DNA of 64,000 bases from NCBI RefSeq assembly GCF_006345805.1, contig NC_043014.1:23188001-23252000 (forward strand), in the 5' to 3' direction. The DNA is from Octopus sinensis (Eukaryota). The position numbers were made by a program, and so were the translations under genes. The notes under the pieces were generated by a model. The model was not told the DNA's origin, ran no database searches, and saw only the letters and a list, made by a program, of their open reading frames with translations. Shown piece after piece: positions 13,113 through 26,746 of this stretch (the first letter of the stretch is position 1; each line of letters begins with the position of its first letter).

Positions 13113-16100
13113 TGTGAGCCAAACTGTAGAGATCCCTCATCTTCCCACCAGTGATATATAGAAAAACGGGGCCAGAACAGGCACTGATGTCATGATTTGT
13201 CAGTGAGCTTGTTAAAAAATATATATTATCAACAAAGGCAGTATTAATACTAAGAGGTAATATCCTCGCTTAAACATGGATGTTCTATTAGAGCATCTTA
13301 TAAATTTATGATTTATAACATTCTTATGAACTTATTAAACATAGTTTAAATAAAATGTTTACTATGGAACCATGAAGCAGTTTGAAATACAGGAAATTGT
13401 ATGTTCCCCTCCTTAATATAAATTTACCCTATATAAATTGCACTGTCACTGATCAAAGGATAGCCCAAGTTCTAAGAAGACTTGTTTGCTCCTCAGGTGT
13501 AATTTAAAAAATTTTGTTTCAGTTGGCCTCTTCATGGTTTTCAATTTATTTATTTTTTTATAAAGGTATTTTTATTGCTAAAAGTAGGCATATTTACTGT
13601 TTCTTTCTTTTTTTTTCCTACTTTTTTCATGGTGCTTTACTCAGCACAAAACATCCATTAAAACCAAACAGCTTCACGCCAATCTTTTGATTAATGAGTT
13701 TAATATCACCCCATCCACCTTCATCTCTATATGTGGAGTCAACCAGCTGGATGAAGCCAGCTATGGTGTACCACAGTTTCTTGAGATCAAATATCAAACT
13801 GGGAAAGCATCAGATGCTTATTGAAGAAAAGAGATAAATGAAGCATAAATTGATAAGTAGGGACCTAGGTTAAATAGGTAGGTAGGGTCAATTGGTAGTG
13901 TAGGGGCAGGGGAACTGGTTGGACTTTGTGTGTGTGTTTATAGACATCTGTGGAGCAATCACACACCGCACATTCTCCCCCCCCCTCTCTCTCTCTCTCG
14001 CTTTCTCATTGTCCCACAAAGAAGACTGTCTAGTTTATAAAAGAAGACAGTGAACTTAAGAGCAACTGGATATGTGTTTGTATGGATGTATGATTTATAT
14101 TATTATTAGGATTATTATTTTTTAATCTATCTTAAACTCATTTATTTCTCATTTTAATGTCATTAGTTACACATTTTTCTCTGCAAACCTGAAAATTCTA
14201 TTTTCCATTCCTAGTTGGAACAAATTTCATTTGGTTTTATGTCTTTCAGCAACTCCTCCTCCAGCTCCCCCATTCCTCACCCCCCACCTGCTTTCTACTT
14301 CTTGCTTGTACAATCTATAAGTGTACTAATGACTCTGTGTGTGTGTGAGAGAGAGAGAGAGTGTGTGTGTGTGTGAATCAAAACTTCCACTTGATGTTGT
14401 TCCTAATGTCCTTAAGAAGGGCATTGAACACTGCAGTCTTCATTTTCTTTCTCCTTAGCAATTTGCATTTCCATCACTATGTGAGATATAATGTGCGTGG
14501 AAAAACACACACCCACCCTTGTGAGCATCAGATGATGATGATGATGATATAATAGCCCCAGGTCAGTATTAGTGGAGCAAACAATTTACGATCAAAGGTA
14601 TTCCAGCTGTGAGAATCCTTTTTTCTTTAAAGATTATTGAGTATAACTAAAGAGACTTGACTGTTGTTTCTAACAAATAGAAAGACCATGATGTAGAGGC
14701 TCCATTTGGCTGATATATTTAATGTGTCATTTTTATGGATGGGTGTGGATAGACTTACTAAACAAGCCATACACACCCATTCTACACTGATAGAAATATG
14801 GCATAAAATTAGCAGATTAAATTACTTTTTACATTAAAATACAGTTATTTTTGTTGTTGTTGCTAACCCCAGGTCAATTTGGATTTAGCTGGCCTGTTAT
14901 CAAAGGTGTCCCATTTGTTACCATCTCATTTTTAGGGGTAAGGTCATGAGTTCAATTTCCAACATCACTTTGTGTTCTTGAGCAAAGGGCCAGCCTCATT
15001 ACATTCTGTGTCATGCTGAGTTTCCTTGAGTACTAAGAGTATACATGTTTGTGGAGTACTCAACCATTTGTGTGTTAATTTCATGAGCACACACACACAC
15101 ACATGTATGACAGGCGTCTTTCAGTTTCCACTTACCAAATTCACTCGCAAGACTTTTGTCAGCCTAGGGATGGAATACAAGATACTTGTCCATGGTACTA
15201 TGCAGCAGGACTGAACCTGGCAACTATGTGGTTGGGAGCAAACTTCTTACCATCAGTCAGTTTTGTACCTAAGTAAGGGCAATTTGCTAAAGTGTAAGGC
15301 AGCCCATCAGATGACTTGTGTATATTCTTTGATGTCAGTAGAATAGTTGACGCTGTTGAACTGGTCTACAGTTATTGAGATTTTTCTTCCTTTGTCCTAT
15401 TAGTTGTGTAGGTTCTGCTAAAAGATCATGAATGTTTCACTTCCTCTTACTCCAATCCTGACATGGCCAATCTTTACATGAATTAGCTCAGCAGTGAGTA
15501 CTGAAGATTCTTTAATCTTACAAGTTCAAGGCATTGTTACTACAGCTGATGCTATGATAAGATGTACTCAGCACACTCTGTAAAGTGGCAAATAAGTGGA
15601 GATGACAGGGTTTACAGGACCATTTAGTCTTGTTGGGGAAATGGTAACCTCTTTAGTGCTGGTGCTATAAAATACACCCAGTACATTATATTACTGTTCA
15701 GAAAGGCATCAAGCTATAGAAATTGTGCCTAAAAGGGAAATGTATAAGACTTGATCCTCTGACTTCTGTTGGAGGACAGTAACTCTGATTAAAGAATTGA
15801 TTCAGAAGCAAGCAAAAATTGAACAGGAGAGGGTAGTGGTGATGAGAATTAGGATGAGTTGTAATGTTTAAGTCTTTACTTTAAAACATTGGCAGGGTGA
15901 GTGAAGTAAAAAGAGTTTTCTCATTTGGAACTTAAACCATATGACATACATCAAGTGAATGAAAGGTAAATGTTTGCCAACCTCATCTCACATTCTGGAA
16001 TGGAAACCGAATCTTAGGTCACCAAAAGTTTACCTTCTCTGTTCTATAAGGTGTAGATGAGTAGCAAAATCTACTTTAGGCTTAAACTAAGTTGCTGTGA

Positions 16101-16288
16101 AGCAGCTGTGGCTGGCTGGAAACTATTTAATGGTAATTTGGCTGCCATAAATCATTCCTTTTGCCTAGCTAAACTTCTTCAATTCAATGGCTCACTGATG
16201 CTTTCCACTTTTCTGGCCTAGTTTCTATTTTTTTTTAATTAGATGACATTTCTAGATTATGCATGTATGTGTGTATATGTATATATCA

Positions 16289-16322
<34 letters not shown>

Positions 16323-16345
16323 GTATATATATGTGTATATATATT

Positions 16346-16667
16346 GGTGCAGATGTGGCTGTCTGGTAAAGAAGCTTGCTTCCCAACCAGGATGCATGTT
16401 ATCTTAGGCAAGTGTCTTCCTATGAAAGCCTTATAAGTGGATTTGGCAGGCAAAATCTGTAAGAGACCCCATCACATGTGTGTGTGCCCCACTACTGATG
16501 TTGGCATGTTTATATCCCTGTAACTGAGTTGTCCAGCAACAGAGACCAATAGAATAAGTGCCAGGCTTAATGAAAGATAAGCACTGGAGTTGATCCGTCC
16601 AAGTAAAAATTCTTCAAGGTGGTGCCCCTGCATGGCCACAGTCTAATGACTGATACAAGTAAAAGAT
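16346..16667 (+). mobile_element. tRNA-derived SINE, decayed
   Basis: Collinear similarity to 6863-7255. Confidence 0.7.
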
Positions 16668-16732
16668 ATATATATATATATATCACACACACACACTTAC
16701 AGATAGGCACAAAAATAAATACATTATATATA

Positions 16733-16768
<36 letters not shown>

Positions 16769-16923
16769 TTTGCTCATTTATAGGTTTCAGTTATTGGACT
16801 GTGGCCATGCTGGGGCACTTAAATTTACTCAACAATATTGAGCCTAATTTATATATAGCTCCTCTGAAATGAATATTTTGGATGTCAACATATATTGGTG
16901 AATGGTTAAAACAATGGACTAGA

Positions 16924-17023
16924 NNNNNNNNNNNNNNNNNNNNNNNNNNNNNNNNNNNNNNNNNNNNNNNNNNNNNNNNNNNNNNNNNNNNNNNNNNNNN
17001 NNNNNNNNNNNNNNNNNNNNNNN
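16924..17023. other. Assembly gap (100 N)
   Basis: Run of exactly 100 N, typical of a scaffolding join of unknown true size. Confidence 0.98.
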
Positions 17024-18996
17024 AGTGGTTCTCTTCCTTCCCAATAAGAACCGTACTAGGTTCATTCAGTTTGATATCGCCAGCTTCTACCCCTCGATTA
17101 ACCCTAGTGTGCTAAATAAGGCCCTCTGGCATGCTCACAACAAGGCTGGCCTCACCAGAGAAGAGATAGATATCATTTTAGTTGCCAGGAAATCGTTTAT
17201 TAAGTTTGATAATAAGTTGTGGATCCGTAAAGATACTCCCAATGAATTTGATGTGCCTATGGTAGTTCGGATAGCGCGCAGATAGCCGATTTGGTCGGAA
17301 TATATATTCTCTACGAATTGTCCGACCAATTCCCGGAGATCGCGGGCGGCCTGTATCGTGACGATTGTCTGTTTTACCTGCAAAACACCACGAACAGAAT
17401 AGTGCAGAAAACTAAGAGCAGGTTAGCTAGGTTTTTTAATAGAATGGGCATGAGTATAGTTTTTGATAATGAACTCACCAAGGCTAATTTCCTAGACGTT
17501 ACCACTTAACCTTAATAGCGACTCATACTGCCCTTACCATAAGCCTTCCACTAATTTGAAGTATGTCAGTGTCTTCTCAAATCATGCCAAAACTGTAACA
17601 GACAATTTGGTTAAAAACATCTCTCTAAGATTGTCTGGCTGTCCGCCAGTGCCGATATTTTTATGCAGAAAGCGGAACTTTATAACGCCGCACTATCTAA
17701 GGCCGGTTATAGGCAGAAGGTAATTTATATTGATCCGGCCCTTCCGATGCCATCATTCGGTCATCAGGATAGGGCCGTATATAATAACATTAACATTTTA
17801 AGTAAGGACGGGAGCGCGGCGGATGCCGGGGTAGTCGCTCCCGCATTTAATTTAGCGAACAAGGATAATTATCGGTCCGGGAGGTCTTACACTAACCCAA
17901 GACCCGTTATTCATCCGAGAATCACCCACCCGAACGCGAGAGCTGGCGTCCCAACCCATCACACTGATAGGAATAAGCATATATGGTTTGTAATCCCCTT
18001 TGGTAAGCAGATTAGAACTAACCTCCCCCTCATGTTTAGACAAGCCATCGCCAATAACTTCCCCAGAAATTCCAAATATTACTCCACGGTTAACTCGCAT
18101 AAAGTTAGGATAGCTTTCTCCAACACTAAAAACCTCGCCCAGATAATCGCCTCCCATAATAATAGGCTACTTACTAAGACCCTATCACCTTTTTCCGGAG
18201 GCACAGCCTCTTCCGCTCCCGGTTTAATGCTCAGTAGGAATAATTATAGTAGTAATAATGATATGAGAGCCAGTACAATGACACATAATCTCAGCTCCAG
18301 CCAGGGAGTACCCACTAGGGGTATAGTTATAAATAGGGGTGTTGTGGTTGACGGTACAATGGGAGTAGGGTAGAGAGCCCCAATAGCATCCCCAGCATCA
18401 TTTCCCGCAATAGCAGCACCACGGGCAGTAGCAATGACAGCACTCTGATAGATAGTGGAGAATCAGGGGTTATTCCTATAGTTAATAGTGACGTAGTGGA
18501 AAATAGAGTAGTAAGCGGCTGCAGGTCTCGGAACGAATATAGTGACAGGAACGCAGTTCTAATTTCAGAAATTAATCCTAGCAGAATAAGATTCACGTCG
18601 GCGAACTCCAAGATCAAAAACGCCGTCTACCAATGCAAGGTTTACACGGACTCAGATGTCTTCACATATGTAGGGGCCTCATCCTCAAGATTGTCTTTGC
18701 GTGTCTCCAACCATTACGCAACTTTTCGGGACATGAACAAGCGCCAGACCACGGGACTCAGTAAGCTAATATGGCGACTGAAGGATACGAACTTAAGCTA
18801 CAGGCTGGAATGGTCAATTTTGTCGGTGGCCCTCCCATTTGATAGGGGCAGAAGGCAGTGCAACCTTTGTGTCTCCGAACTCTTCTATATTTTGTTTGCC
18901 AGAGGCCGGATGGTAAACGGGCTTTTACAGTCGGCTTTTCGATGCCCCCATTGGCGGCGTTACACTTATCTGGCTTTTAATAGCGTTTATAAATAA
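17024..18996 (+). mobile_element. Penelope-like element: RT plus GIY-YIG, frameshifted, 5' end lost in the gap
   Basis: RT motifs FIQFDIASFYPSI, MVGIYILYEL, GGLYRDDCL, NFLDVT, YNAALSKAGY. GIY-YIG AVYQCKV..TYVGASSSRLSLRVSNH..TGLSKLIW..CNLCVSE. GC content is visibly higher than the flanks. Confidence 0.92.
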
Positions 18997-19560
18997 TACC
19001 GGCACCCATAGCCTTGGTAACAAATTCTGAAGTAGCCTTTAAGATATCTACGATTAACCACTGCAAGGGGAATTACTCCTGTAAGACAAACGGGGCTTGG
19101 TTTTTTCACACAGCGGGGGGCTTCCTTGACAAGGCAGGCTTAGATGAACACACACACACATAAAACATAATATATATATTTTTTTTTTCTGCCACCCAAC
19201 GGTTCTCGCGGCAGTAGCCACTGACAGCCGAACGATCAAACGCACACACGTACACAAAAAATGTTTTCTACCCCTACGCCAACACACACATATATAGAAC
19301 AGTATACACACACACACGTCTCTAAGTAGATTTTTTCTCGCCCCTTATAAAACATCCAATATTCCTTAAATAGTCAGAACTTTATTCTCGGTCACAAAGA
19401 ACACCCACATGGTTGACCGATGCCTGACCGTTAAAATTCTTCAGCCACCGGTTCTCAACATACACTGATAAACAGTTCGCCATGGGCTCTTAGGAGCATA
19501 GTTCGATTGTTTTTTTGCTCCGCCTCTGTTCTGTTTTTGTTTTTCCAACGGATTTCCTAT

Positions 19561-19649
19561 TTTCTTCCTGAAGAGAAAGACACAATATGGTCCCATTATT
19601 CAATCGGATTTTGGTAATTTGTGCCTTTCGAAACACGTGTAGAATGAAA
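19561..19649 (+). ncRNA. Type I hammerhead ribozyme with palindromic stem III
   Basis: TTTCTTC CTGAAGA (19568-19574), stem II GAAAGACACAA/TTGTGCCTTTC (10 of 11 bp), GAAAC ACGT GTA, then GAA(T)GAAA pairing with TTTCTTC. Same strand as, and about 570 nt downstream of, the Penelope-like ORF. Confidence 0.8.
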
Positions 19650-19858
19650 TAAAACGATTTCTGTTCAATCTGCGTTCAGCTCCATTTCTTCAATTCACCA
19701 ATAATGTTTTAATTTCAATTATCCGCACCAACGCACGGTTGCAAACACCATATGGTTGTACCTCCAACTGTGCTGTTTACTGCTGTGATTTTTGCTACTA
19801 AGGTATCGGTTAAACTTTTGATTAATCTACTACAAGATTATTCATCTTTCTATTTCAC

Positions 19859-19859
<1 letters not shown>

Positions 19860-19943
<84 letters not shown>

Positions 19944-19981
19944 CATATACATATATATATATATATATACATTATATATAC

Positions 19982-20054
<73 letters not shown>

Positions 20055-20142
20055 ATATATATATACATGTATACATATATATATATATATATATACTATA
20101 TATATATACATATGTATATATATATTATATATATATATACAT

Positions 20143-20176
<34 letters not shown>

Positions 20177-20229
20177 CATATATATATAATATATATATTA
20201 TATATATAATATATATATTATATATATAC

Positions 20230-20260
<31 letters not shown>

Positions 20261-20288
20261 CAATATATATACATATATATATACATAC
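19860..20288. repeat. (TA)n/(TACA) compound microsatellite
   Basis: Direct reading. Accounts for the YIYI ORFs. Confidence 0.95.
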
Positions 20289-20593
20289 TGCCTTTCGCAT
20301 CAAGTAGTTGGCGTGACCACGCGTATGTGTTTGTGCTCCGTTTGCCTTCAGGCACTTGTTCCACAGCCAGCCTATACTGAACTCGTCCTGTCGAAAGACG
20401 CTTGTCCTGACGTCCTGGTCTTGTTATTATTGTTTTTACGTTATTGTGTATTCTTATCCGTGCTATCGTTATTGTTTTTACGTATTTTTGAATTTTTTTG
20501 GAGTAACATCGTCCATTTTTCCGTCACCGTGTTGTATACTTTCGAGGTTTTCTTCCAAGGAATCTAATGCGACTGGCTTAGATTTCCCTTGGC

Positions 20594-20760
20594 GGGCTGC
20601 CCAGATTGGAGCAATCTCAAGATTAATCAGCCGAAATTGCGAAGATGATCTGGTTCTTGACTGATGACTGAGAGCTTTGAAAGTCCCGTCTGTGTGTTTT
20701 TCTGTCGTCTTCAAAATGTTTCACGTTCTTGTCCCAGTTTGTGTTTTTTTTAACGTTTAC
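20594..20760 (+). repeat. Dispersed 130-170-bp repeat family (other copies 20921-21049 minus, 23985-24120 plus, diverged 60590-60738 minus)
   Basis: Shared 'ttaatcagccgaaatt..gatgatc..gttcttga(c/t)tgaNga..gctt.gaa.gtcc.gtc..gtttt..tcgtctt..tgtttt..gttcttgtc.cagtttgt' sequence. Copies abut (TA)n tracts. Confidence 0.75.
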
Positions 20761-20899
<139 letters not shown>

Positions 20900-21116
20900 A
20901 TATATATATATATTATGATATGTAAAAAAATACAAACTGTGACAAGAACGCATAACACTTAGAAGACGATACAACAAACACAGACAGGACATTCGAAGCC
21001 CTCAGTCTTCAGTCAAGAACCGGATCATCGTAGTAATTTCGGCTGATTAATATATATATACATATATATATTGTATTGTTTGTGTGTTGCGTGCTTCGTG
21101 TGTGTGCGTGCAAATG

Positions 21117-22975
21117 TATACATACATACACACACACACGCATGCATCCCTACCCACATACATACACATACATACACACACACACATGCATCCCTACCCA
21201 CATACATACACACACACATACCTACACACACACACACATACATACATACATACTTAAGACATACTCACACACAGACATACACCCATACACTCACACTCAC
21301 ACACACACATATAGACGCACACGCACACATACACACACCTACATACATACATTACACTTGTACACACACACACTTACATTCATACATACACACACCTACA
21401 CAGCCATACCTTCACTCACACATACACACATACCTACATACACACACAAACACACACAGACACACCCCCATACATACATACACCTATACACACACGCCTA
21501 CACACATACATACACACATGCATAAACACACACACATACACATACGCACACACACATATACTTACACACATGCACACACACACACACATACATACATACA
21601 CCCATACACATACACACACACATACTTACATACTCCTATACACACATACATACACACAGACACACTCACACATACATACACACACATACTTACACACACA
21701 CTCACCTGCACGCACACACACATGCATGACACACACCCATACACTCACACTCATATACACGCACACGTACACGCACACACACTCCTACACTCCCATACAC
21801 ACACAAACGCATACACACACACACGCATACATACATATATTACATACGTACACACACACCTACATACACTCATACCCTCAACCATACATACATACACACA
21901 CACACAAACATACACGGACACACCCATACATACATACACACATACACCTATACACACCGCCTACACACCTATATACACACATATGCATACACACACATGT
22001 ACGCACATACACACACATAACGCTTACACACATGCACACACACACACATACATACGCACATGCATGCATGCACACGCGCACACCTACACGCAGGCATACA
22101 TGCATACACACACACGCACGCACACATACATACATACACACACATACATACACCCACACACATACACACATCAAGTACACACATACATACACACTCACAC
22201 ATACACACACACACACACTTACTCGCATGCACGGGCACACACATGCACATACACACACTTACACACATACACACACATACATACACACACATACACACGG
22301 ACATACATCCATACACACACATACTTACACACATTCAATTGGACACACTGACACCCAGACATACACACAGACACTCACACATCCACACACACATACTTAC
22401 ACACACACTCGCAGGTGCGCGCACATACATGCATGTGCACGTTCGTGCACTCATACCCGCATTCATGCACCACGCCCGTGGGTTTCGACTAGATCTCTTG
22501 TTTGTATCTGGGGCTGGCGTGTTTCTTGGGTTCTCTTACGCCTGTCTCCACGGGAGCACTTTTCCATCTTTCCCTCAGTTGCAGTTTGTTTCCTTAATAC
22601 CCCCACCTTTTGTACACACACGCACACACATACATACACCCACTCCCACGCACTCACACACACACATTTGCATATATATATATACATTACACTTACACAC
22701 ACTTCAAATTTACTTGTCATACATACAACTACGCACACTGGACACACTACTCTCAACACGCACATGGCACTTACATACGCCCCCCCCATTCCCTCCCCCC
22801 TCTTTTTACCACTGACCACTGACTTGCTACTGCTATGTCATACCTTCCGCCCTACCTACACACACATACAGACGCAACGCACTAACATATACATATAATT
22901 TTTTTATCTCGCCTTACACACACATACACACATGCACACGTACACACTCACACATACATACCCATTATTCTTCTA
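21117..22975. repeat. Degenerate (CA)/(CATA) low-complexity tract, about 1.9 kb
   Basis: Direct reading. Produces the 426- and 442-aa His/Thr/Tyr ORFs. Confidence 0.9.
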
Positions 22976-23080
22976 TACATACACATCATTCTTTCCACTC
23001 TTGTTACCAACCTTCCTTTTTTCACTCTTTTGTCTTTAAAAACCAGCCCTTGTTATCCAAAACTTCCGGCCTTTCAGCAG

Positions 23081-23127
<47 letters not shown>

Positions 23128-23395
23128 TATTTATTTCTGGGTGAGTTAAAGGTTGCAAAACCAACTAAGGGATAGTACCTATCCAATACTGCTGGTAGTG
23201 TGCCCAATTATTCATAGTCAAATGCTAGTTATTGCATGGCAATCTTGCAGTTGAGTATTATATATGGGTGGGAGTAAAAAAAGTTATTATCCATGGTTTA
23301 TACAGTCAATAAGAAAACGGGAGAAGATATAAAATTGACAGAACATATATATATATATATATACTTGGAAATGGATGTGTAGCATATAATAAATA

Positions 23396-23437
<42 letters not shown>

Positions 23438-23449
23438 TATGCATGTGTA

Positions 23450-23891
23450 GGTACAGGATGTCACCAACAGTAAACAACATGAAATACGAAAACAAATGAG
23501 TTGAATACGCAAAAAAACGGGAAACAAACAGAAAACACGACTAGTAACATAAAGAACGACTTTTCACCAGTTATCGACTGTCTATCTACTCCTCATTTCA
23601 GGCATTGAATGAAAATGAGTCTTCGAAGATAGTTGCTCCCATAAGTACCAAAATAAAATATGGGATTTATAAAGGTCAAAGTTAGTAACAAAAACAGGAC
23701 TGTTGAGACATGCAAGGAAACTGAATGAAAACAAACATGGGGGTTCATTAGAGAAATATTTTCTTTGACAAGGGAAGACATAGAAGAGAGTAGTAGGATA
23801 TGTTCAGTCCTTAGGACAGTCCTGAAAGAAAGAAAGATGACCGCATGACGAAAATAAAGATAGGCGATAGTCACGTGTGACATCCTGTACC
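23450..23891. mobile_element. MITE-like element with 15-bp terminal inverted repeats
   Basis: GGTACAGGATGTCAC (23450-23464) and its exact reverse complement GTGACATCCTGTACC (23877-23891). A related end, GGGTACAGGCGCCAC, lies near 23957. Confidence 0.6.
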
Positions 23892-24265
23892 CATATATGC
23901 ACGTGTATGTGTGTGTGTGTATAAATATATATATATACTTACATATAAGACCAAAAGGGTACAGGCGCCACTATATATATATGTCAAGATTAATCAGCCA
24001 AAATTGCTAGGATGATCCAGTTCTTGATTGACGAATGAAGGCTTTGAATGTCCCGTCCGTGTTTTTTGTATCGTCTTTTCTAAATGTTTTGTGTTCTTGT
24101 CCCAGTTTGTATTTTTTTACATATACATTACACACACACCACACACACACACCACAACACATACCACACACACACACAAATATATGTATATAAATAAATA
24201 CATGAAAGTACATAAAGTTTGTAAAAAAAAAAGGGGATCATGTATATACCTCCTGGCTGTTGAGA

Positions 24266-25640
24266 TCATAACACCTCGTTGTAAACAATGTTCCTTGTTT
24301 TTCCTTGTGGAGCATATACAAAAAGGTTTCTTTTGGTTCCTACTCTTGAGCAGCCAACATACAGTTGCCTATGCCAGAAGCAGGGCTCTTCCAAGAAAAG
24401 ACCAGCTACAGAGAGGGTTTGACCCTGAGATTTGTTAATGGACATGGCAAAGCTGACACGAAGGGGGAATTGCAGTCTTCTGAATGTAAATGGAATTTCT
24501 GCTCCTGATGGAGTAAGAGGAAATCTTGGAATAAAGACGTCATCACCTTTTCCACATCCAGAAAGAATGATTGCCTCGATAATGTGTGATATCATTTTCT
24601 TTATCACCAGTCATGTTCCATTGCAAAGTCTTGGTGATTCCAGATTGCGGAGTAGCATTACAGGAGTTCCAACTTTAAGTGGTTAATATGTGTGGAGGTA
24701 GTGAAAAGGGCTCCAGTGAATTGAGAAATTCAGGAGGATAGTTCACAACTTCATTTATATCTGGAATTGTATCAACAGACTTGTAAGTGTGTATAGTGCT
24801 GGGAAGAGAATGCATTAGCTGTTGATTACTTTTTTTAACAAGCGACGTTTTTGGGAGTTAATATTTTCTTTCACACAGCCAATTGTGATTTTGGTAGTTT
24901 TGTGTGAAGTTGGGAAAGACTTGTTTTTGAGTCATCTACAGAATTAACAACAGAGGAAAATTACCACACTTCCATTTGTCCTGCAGCATCAAGAGGCATC
25001 TTGCCTTCACCAAGTGTCAAAATGTCCTGTGCAAACTTTGTGGACATTTTGTCGCCGTGTAGCTGAGCTCTCATGTTAATGGTGAGACTAAAGATTGTAA
25101 CATGATGCCACAGGTAGTAGAAGATTTTAGGCATGCTTGAATTTCATCAGCTCTAGTGCCTTTCAGAATGACAAGAAGAGTTTGCCTGAAATCACCTGAC
25201 AACAGAAGTGTTACACCTCCCATTGGAGCCTGACAGTCTCGGATGTCTTTCAGGGCTCTATCTAATGCTTCCAAAGCTCCCTTGTGAGCCATAGTGTACT
25301 CATCCCAGACAATTACATAACAATTTTAAGTACTTGTCCTTGATCTGAGCTTTGTTGATGTTGCATGAAGGCATTTTGGATGCGCTAAATTGAGAGGGAG
25401 TTTAAAAGTTGAGTGTGCTGTCCTGCTACCGGGTAACAAAGTAGCTGCAATGCCAGAGGAGGCTACAACTACTGCAATGTCCTGATGCTACCTAACTTCT
25501 GCAAGGAGAAGCTTTGTAATAAATGTTTTTCCTGTCCCTCCAGGAGCATCGAGGAAGAAGATTCGTCCCTCGCGTTAGCGTACACTGTTAAGAATAGTTC
25601 TGTAGGCCTGCAGCTGGTCCAGAAGTAATTTAGGCTCATT
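24266..25640 (-). pseudogene. Helitron Pif1-family helicase remnant
   Basis: FLDAPGGTGKTF (Walker A), MAHKGALEALDRALKDIR..GGVTLLLSGDFRQTL, and RRLQFPLRVSFAMSINKSQGQTL..QLYVGCSRVG..TRNIVYNEVL*. Multiple frameshifts. Confidence 0.92.
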
Positions 25641-25859
25641 TTCAACAATGTACTTTGAAAGCGCTTGAGTGTCGTAGGTTGTATATATGTAGAAAATCCA
25701 CTGAGAAGGCTTTTGTTGGTCTGAAGCTACAGCAGAAGACACATGCCAAGTCACCACACAGTGGGACTGAACCCAGGACCATGTGTTTGGAACGTAGTTT
25801 GTTACCACGCAGCCACCTGCCCCTATGTGTGTGTGCGTATGTGTGTATGGGTAGATATA

Positions 25860-26290
25860 TTATGCATGTATATCTGTATATATATATGTGTACATATTAC
25901 ATGTACATCTATATATATATACATCTACACATAAAATACAAAATACAAAGTTATATCTCGATATCGCTAGTGATAAGAATACTCAAAATATATAACAGAC
26001 TGGAATTGTAGGCCCGTCTCTTGCAATTTCGATCAATTGGATCTTGTCCTCCCTCTTGTATAGAAGTGTATGGCTGCAGTGAAATTAATTTTTGGACTTT
26101 CTTCTATCGAAAGAATTTTAACAAAAATGCTTCCGTAAAGAAGGTGAAAATATTGTCAATTTCCCCTAACAGGGACACACTTCAACTTTTAAACAATAAC
26201 CAAAGCCCCTTCTCCGAAAGGGGGAGGGTTACGGTTTATAATTATTTAACAAATGCAACACAACAACGTTTCCCTGACCAACAAACGTGA
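25860..26290 (-). mobile_element. Helitron non-coding segment homologous to the element at 61259-62873
   Basis: Inverted match to 62010-62210 and 62620-62820. Lies upstream of the helicase remnant on the same (minus) strand, separated from it by a SINE fragment. Confidence 0.75.
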
Positions 26291-26451
26291 TTACAATAGT
26301 CAAACAGTAATAAAAATAACAACAAACCTTTTTAATTTATCCCCATTTATGTGAAACCACTTATTCAAGTCATTGATGCAATTTTATACGAATTGCTAAT
26401 ACACAAACACACACACACACACATAATAAGGGTGAAAAATTGAATATTAAT

Positions 26452-26746
26452 TTGATTAATATGAATTGAAAACCAGTGGTGTAGCATATAAGATCATAGC
26501 GGATCTTCCTCTAGCAAAAAGGATGACTAGTATTGAAATGAGAGAAGCAAATCGTAAAATATTGAGTTTTCTCGAATTTTTGCTTAATTGGGGGGCAAAG
26601 TGAAAAAACTTTACATGCCATGACCCAATCGAATCTACTTGGAAAAATCATAGGTAAATTCTAATTGAAGAAATTCTATATTGTAGAATTGTATTAAAAG
26701 AAACATGGGAACAGGCAGAGAAAATCTGCCTTTTATCATAAGAGAT
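26452..26746 (+). repeat. Dispersed repeat with terminal hairpin (inverted copy at 57414-57812)
   Basis: High similarity between the two copies. Ends in hairpin AGGCAGA-GAAAA-TCTGCCT followed by TTTATCATAAGAGAT. Possibly a rolling-circle (Helentron/HINE-type) non-autonomous element (inference). Confidence 0.6.

Noticed and set aside
13645-13825. About 60 open codons after a pyrimidine tract (HKTSIKTKQLHANLL..ASDAY*)
   Set aside because: No recognisable homology or convincing donor site. An open stretch of this length can occur by chance.
19385-19450. CTGAAGA...TGACCGAGA on the minus strand
   Set aside because: No stem directly follows the box, and the second box is GAGA rather than GAAA.
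19752-20189. YIYI/IYIY ORFs (also near 10.7, 20.7, 52.8 and 56.3 kb)
   Set aside because: (TA)n microsatellites contain no stop codons in frame.
22445-22600. Unique GC-richer island in the CA tract with CTGAGGG...GAAAC on the minus strand
   Set aside because: Stem II and the cleavage triplet cannot be formed without several edits.
21071-22898. 426-aa and 442-aa His/Thr/Tyr-rich ORFs
   Set aside because: They are translations of a degenerate (CA)n tract that is open in several frames on both strands, with no splice or homology support.
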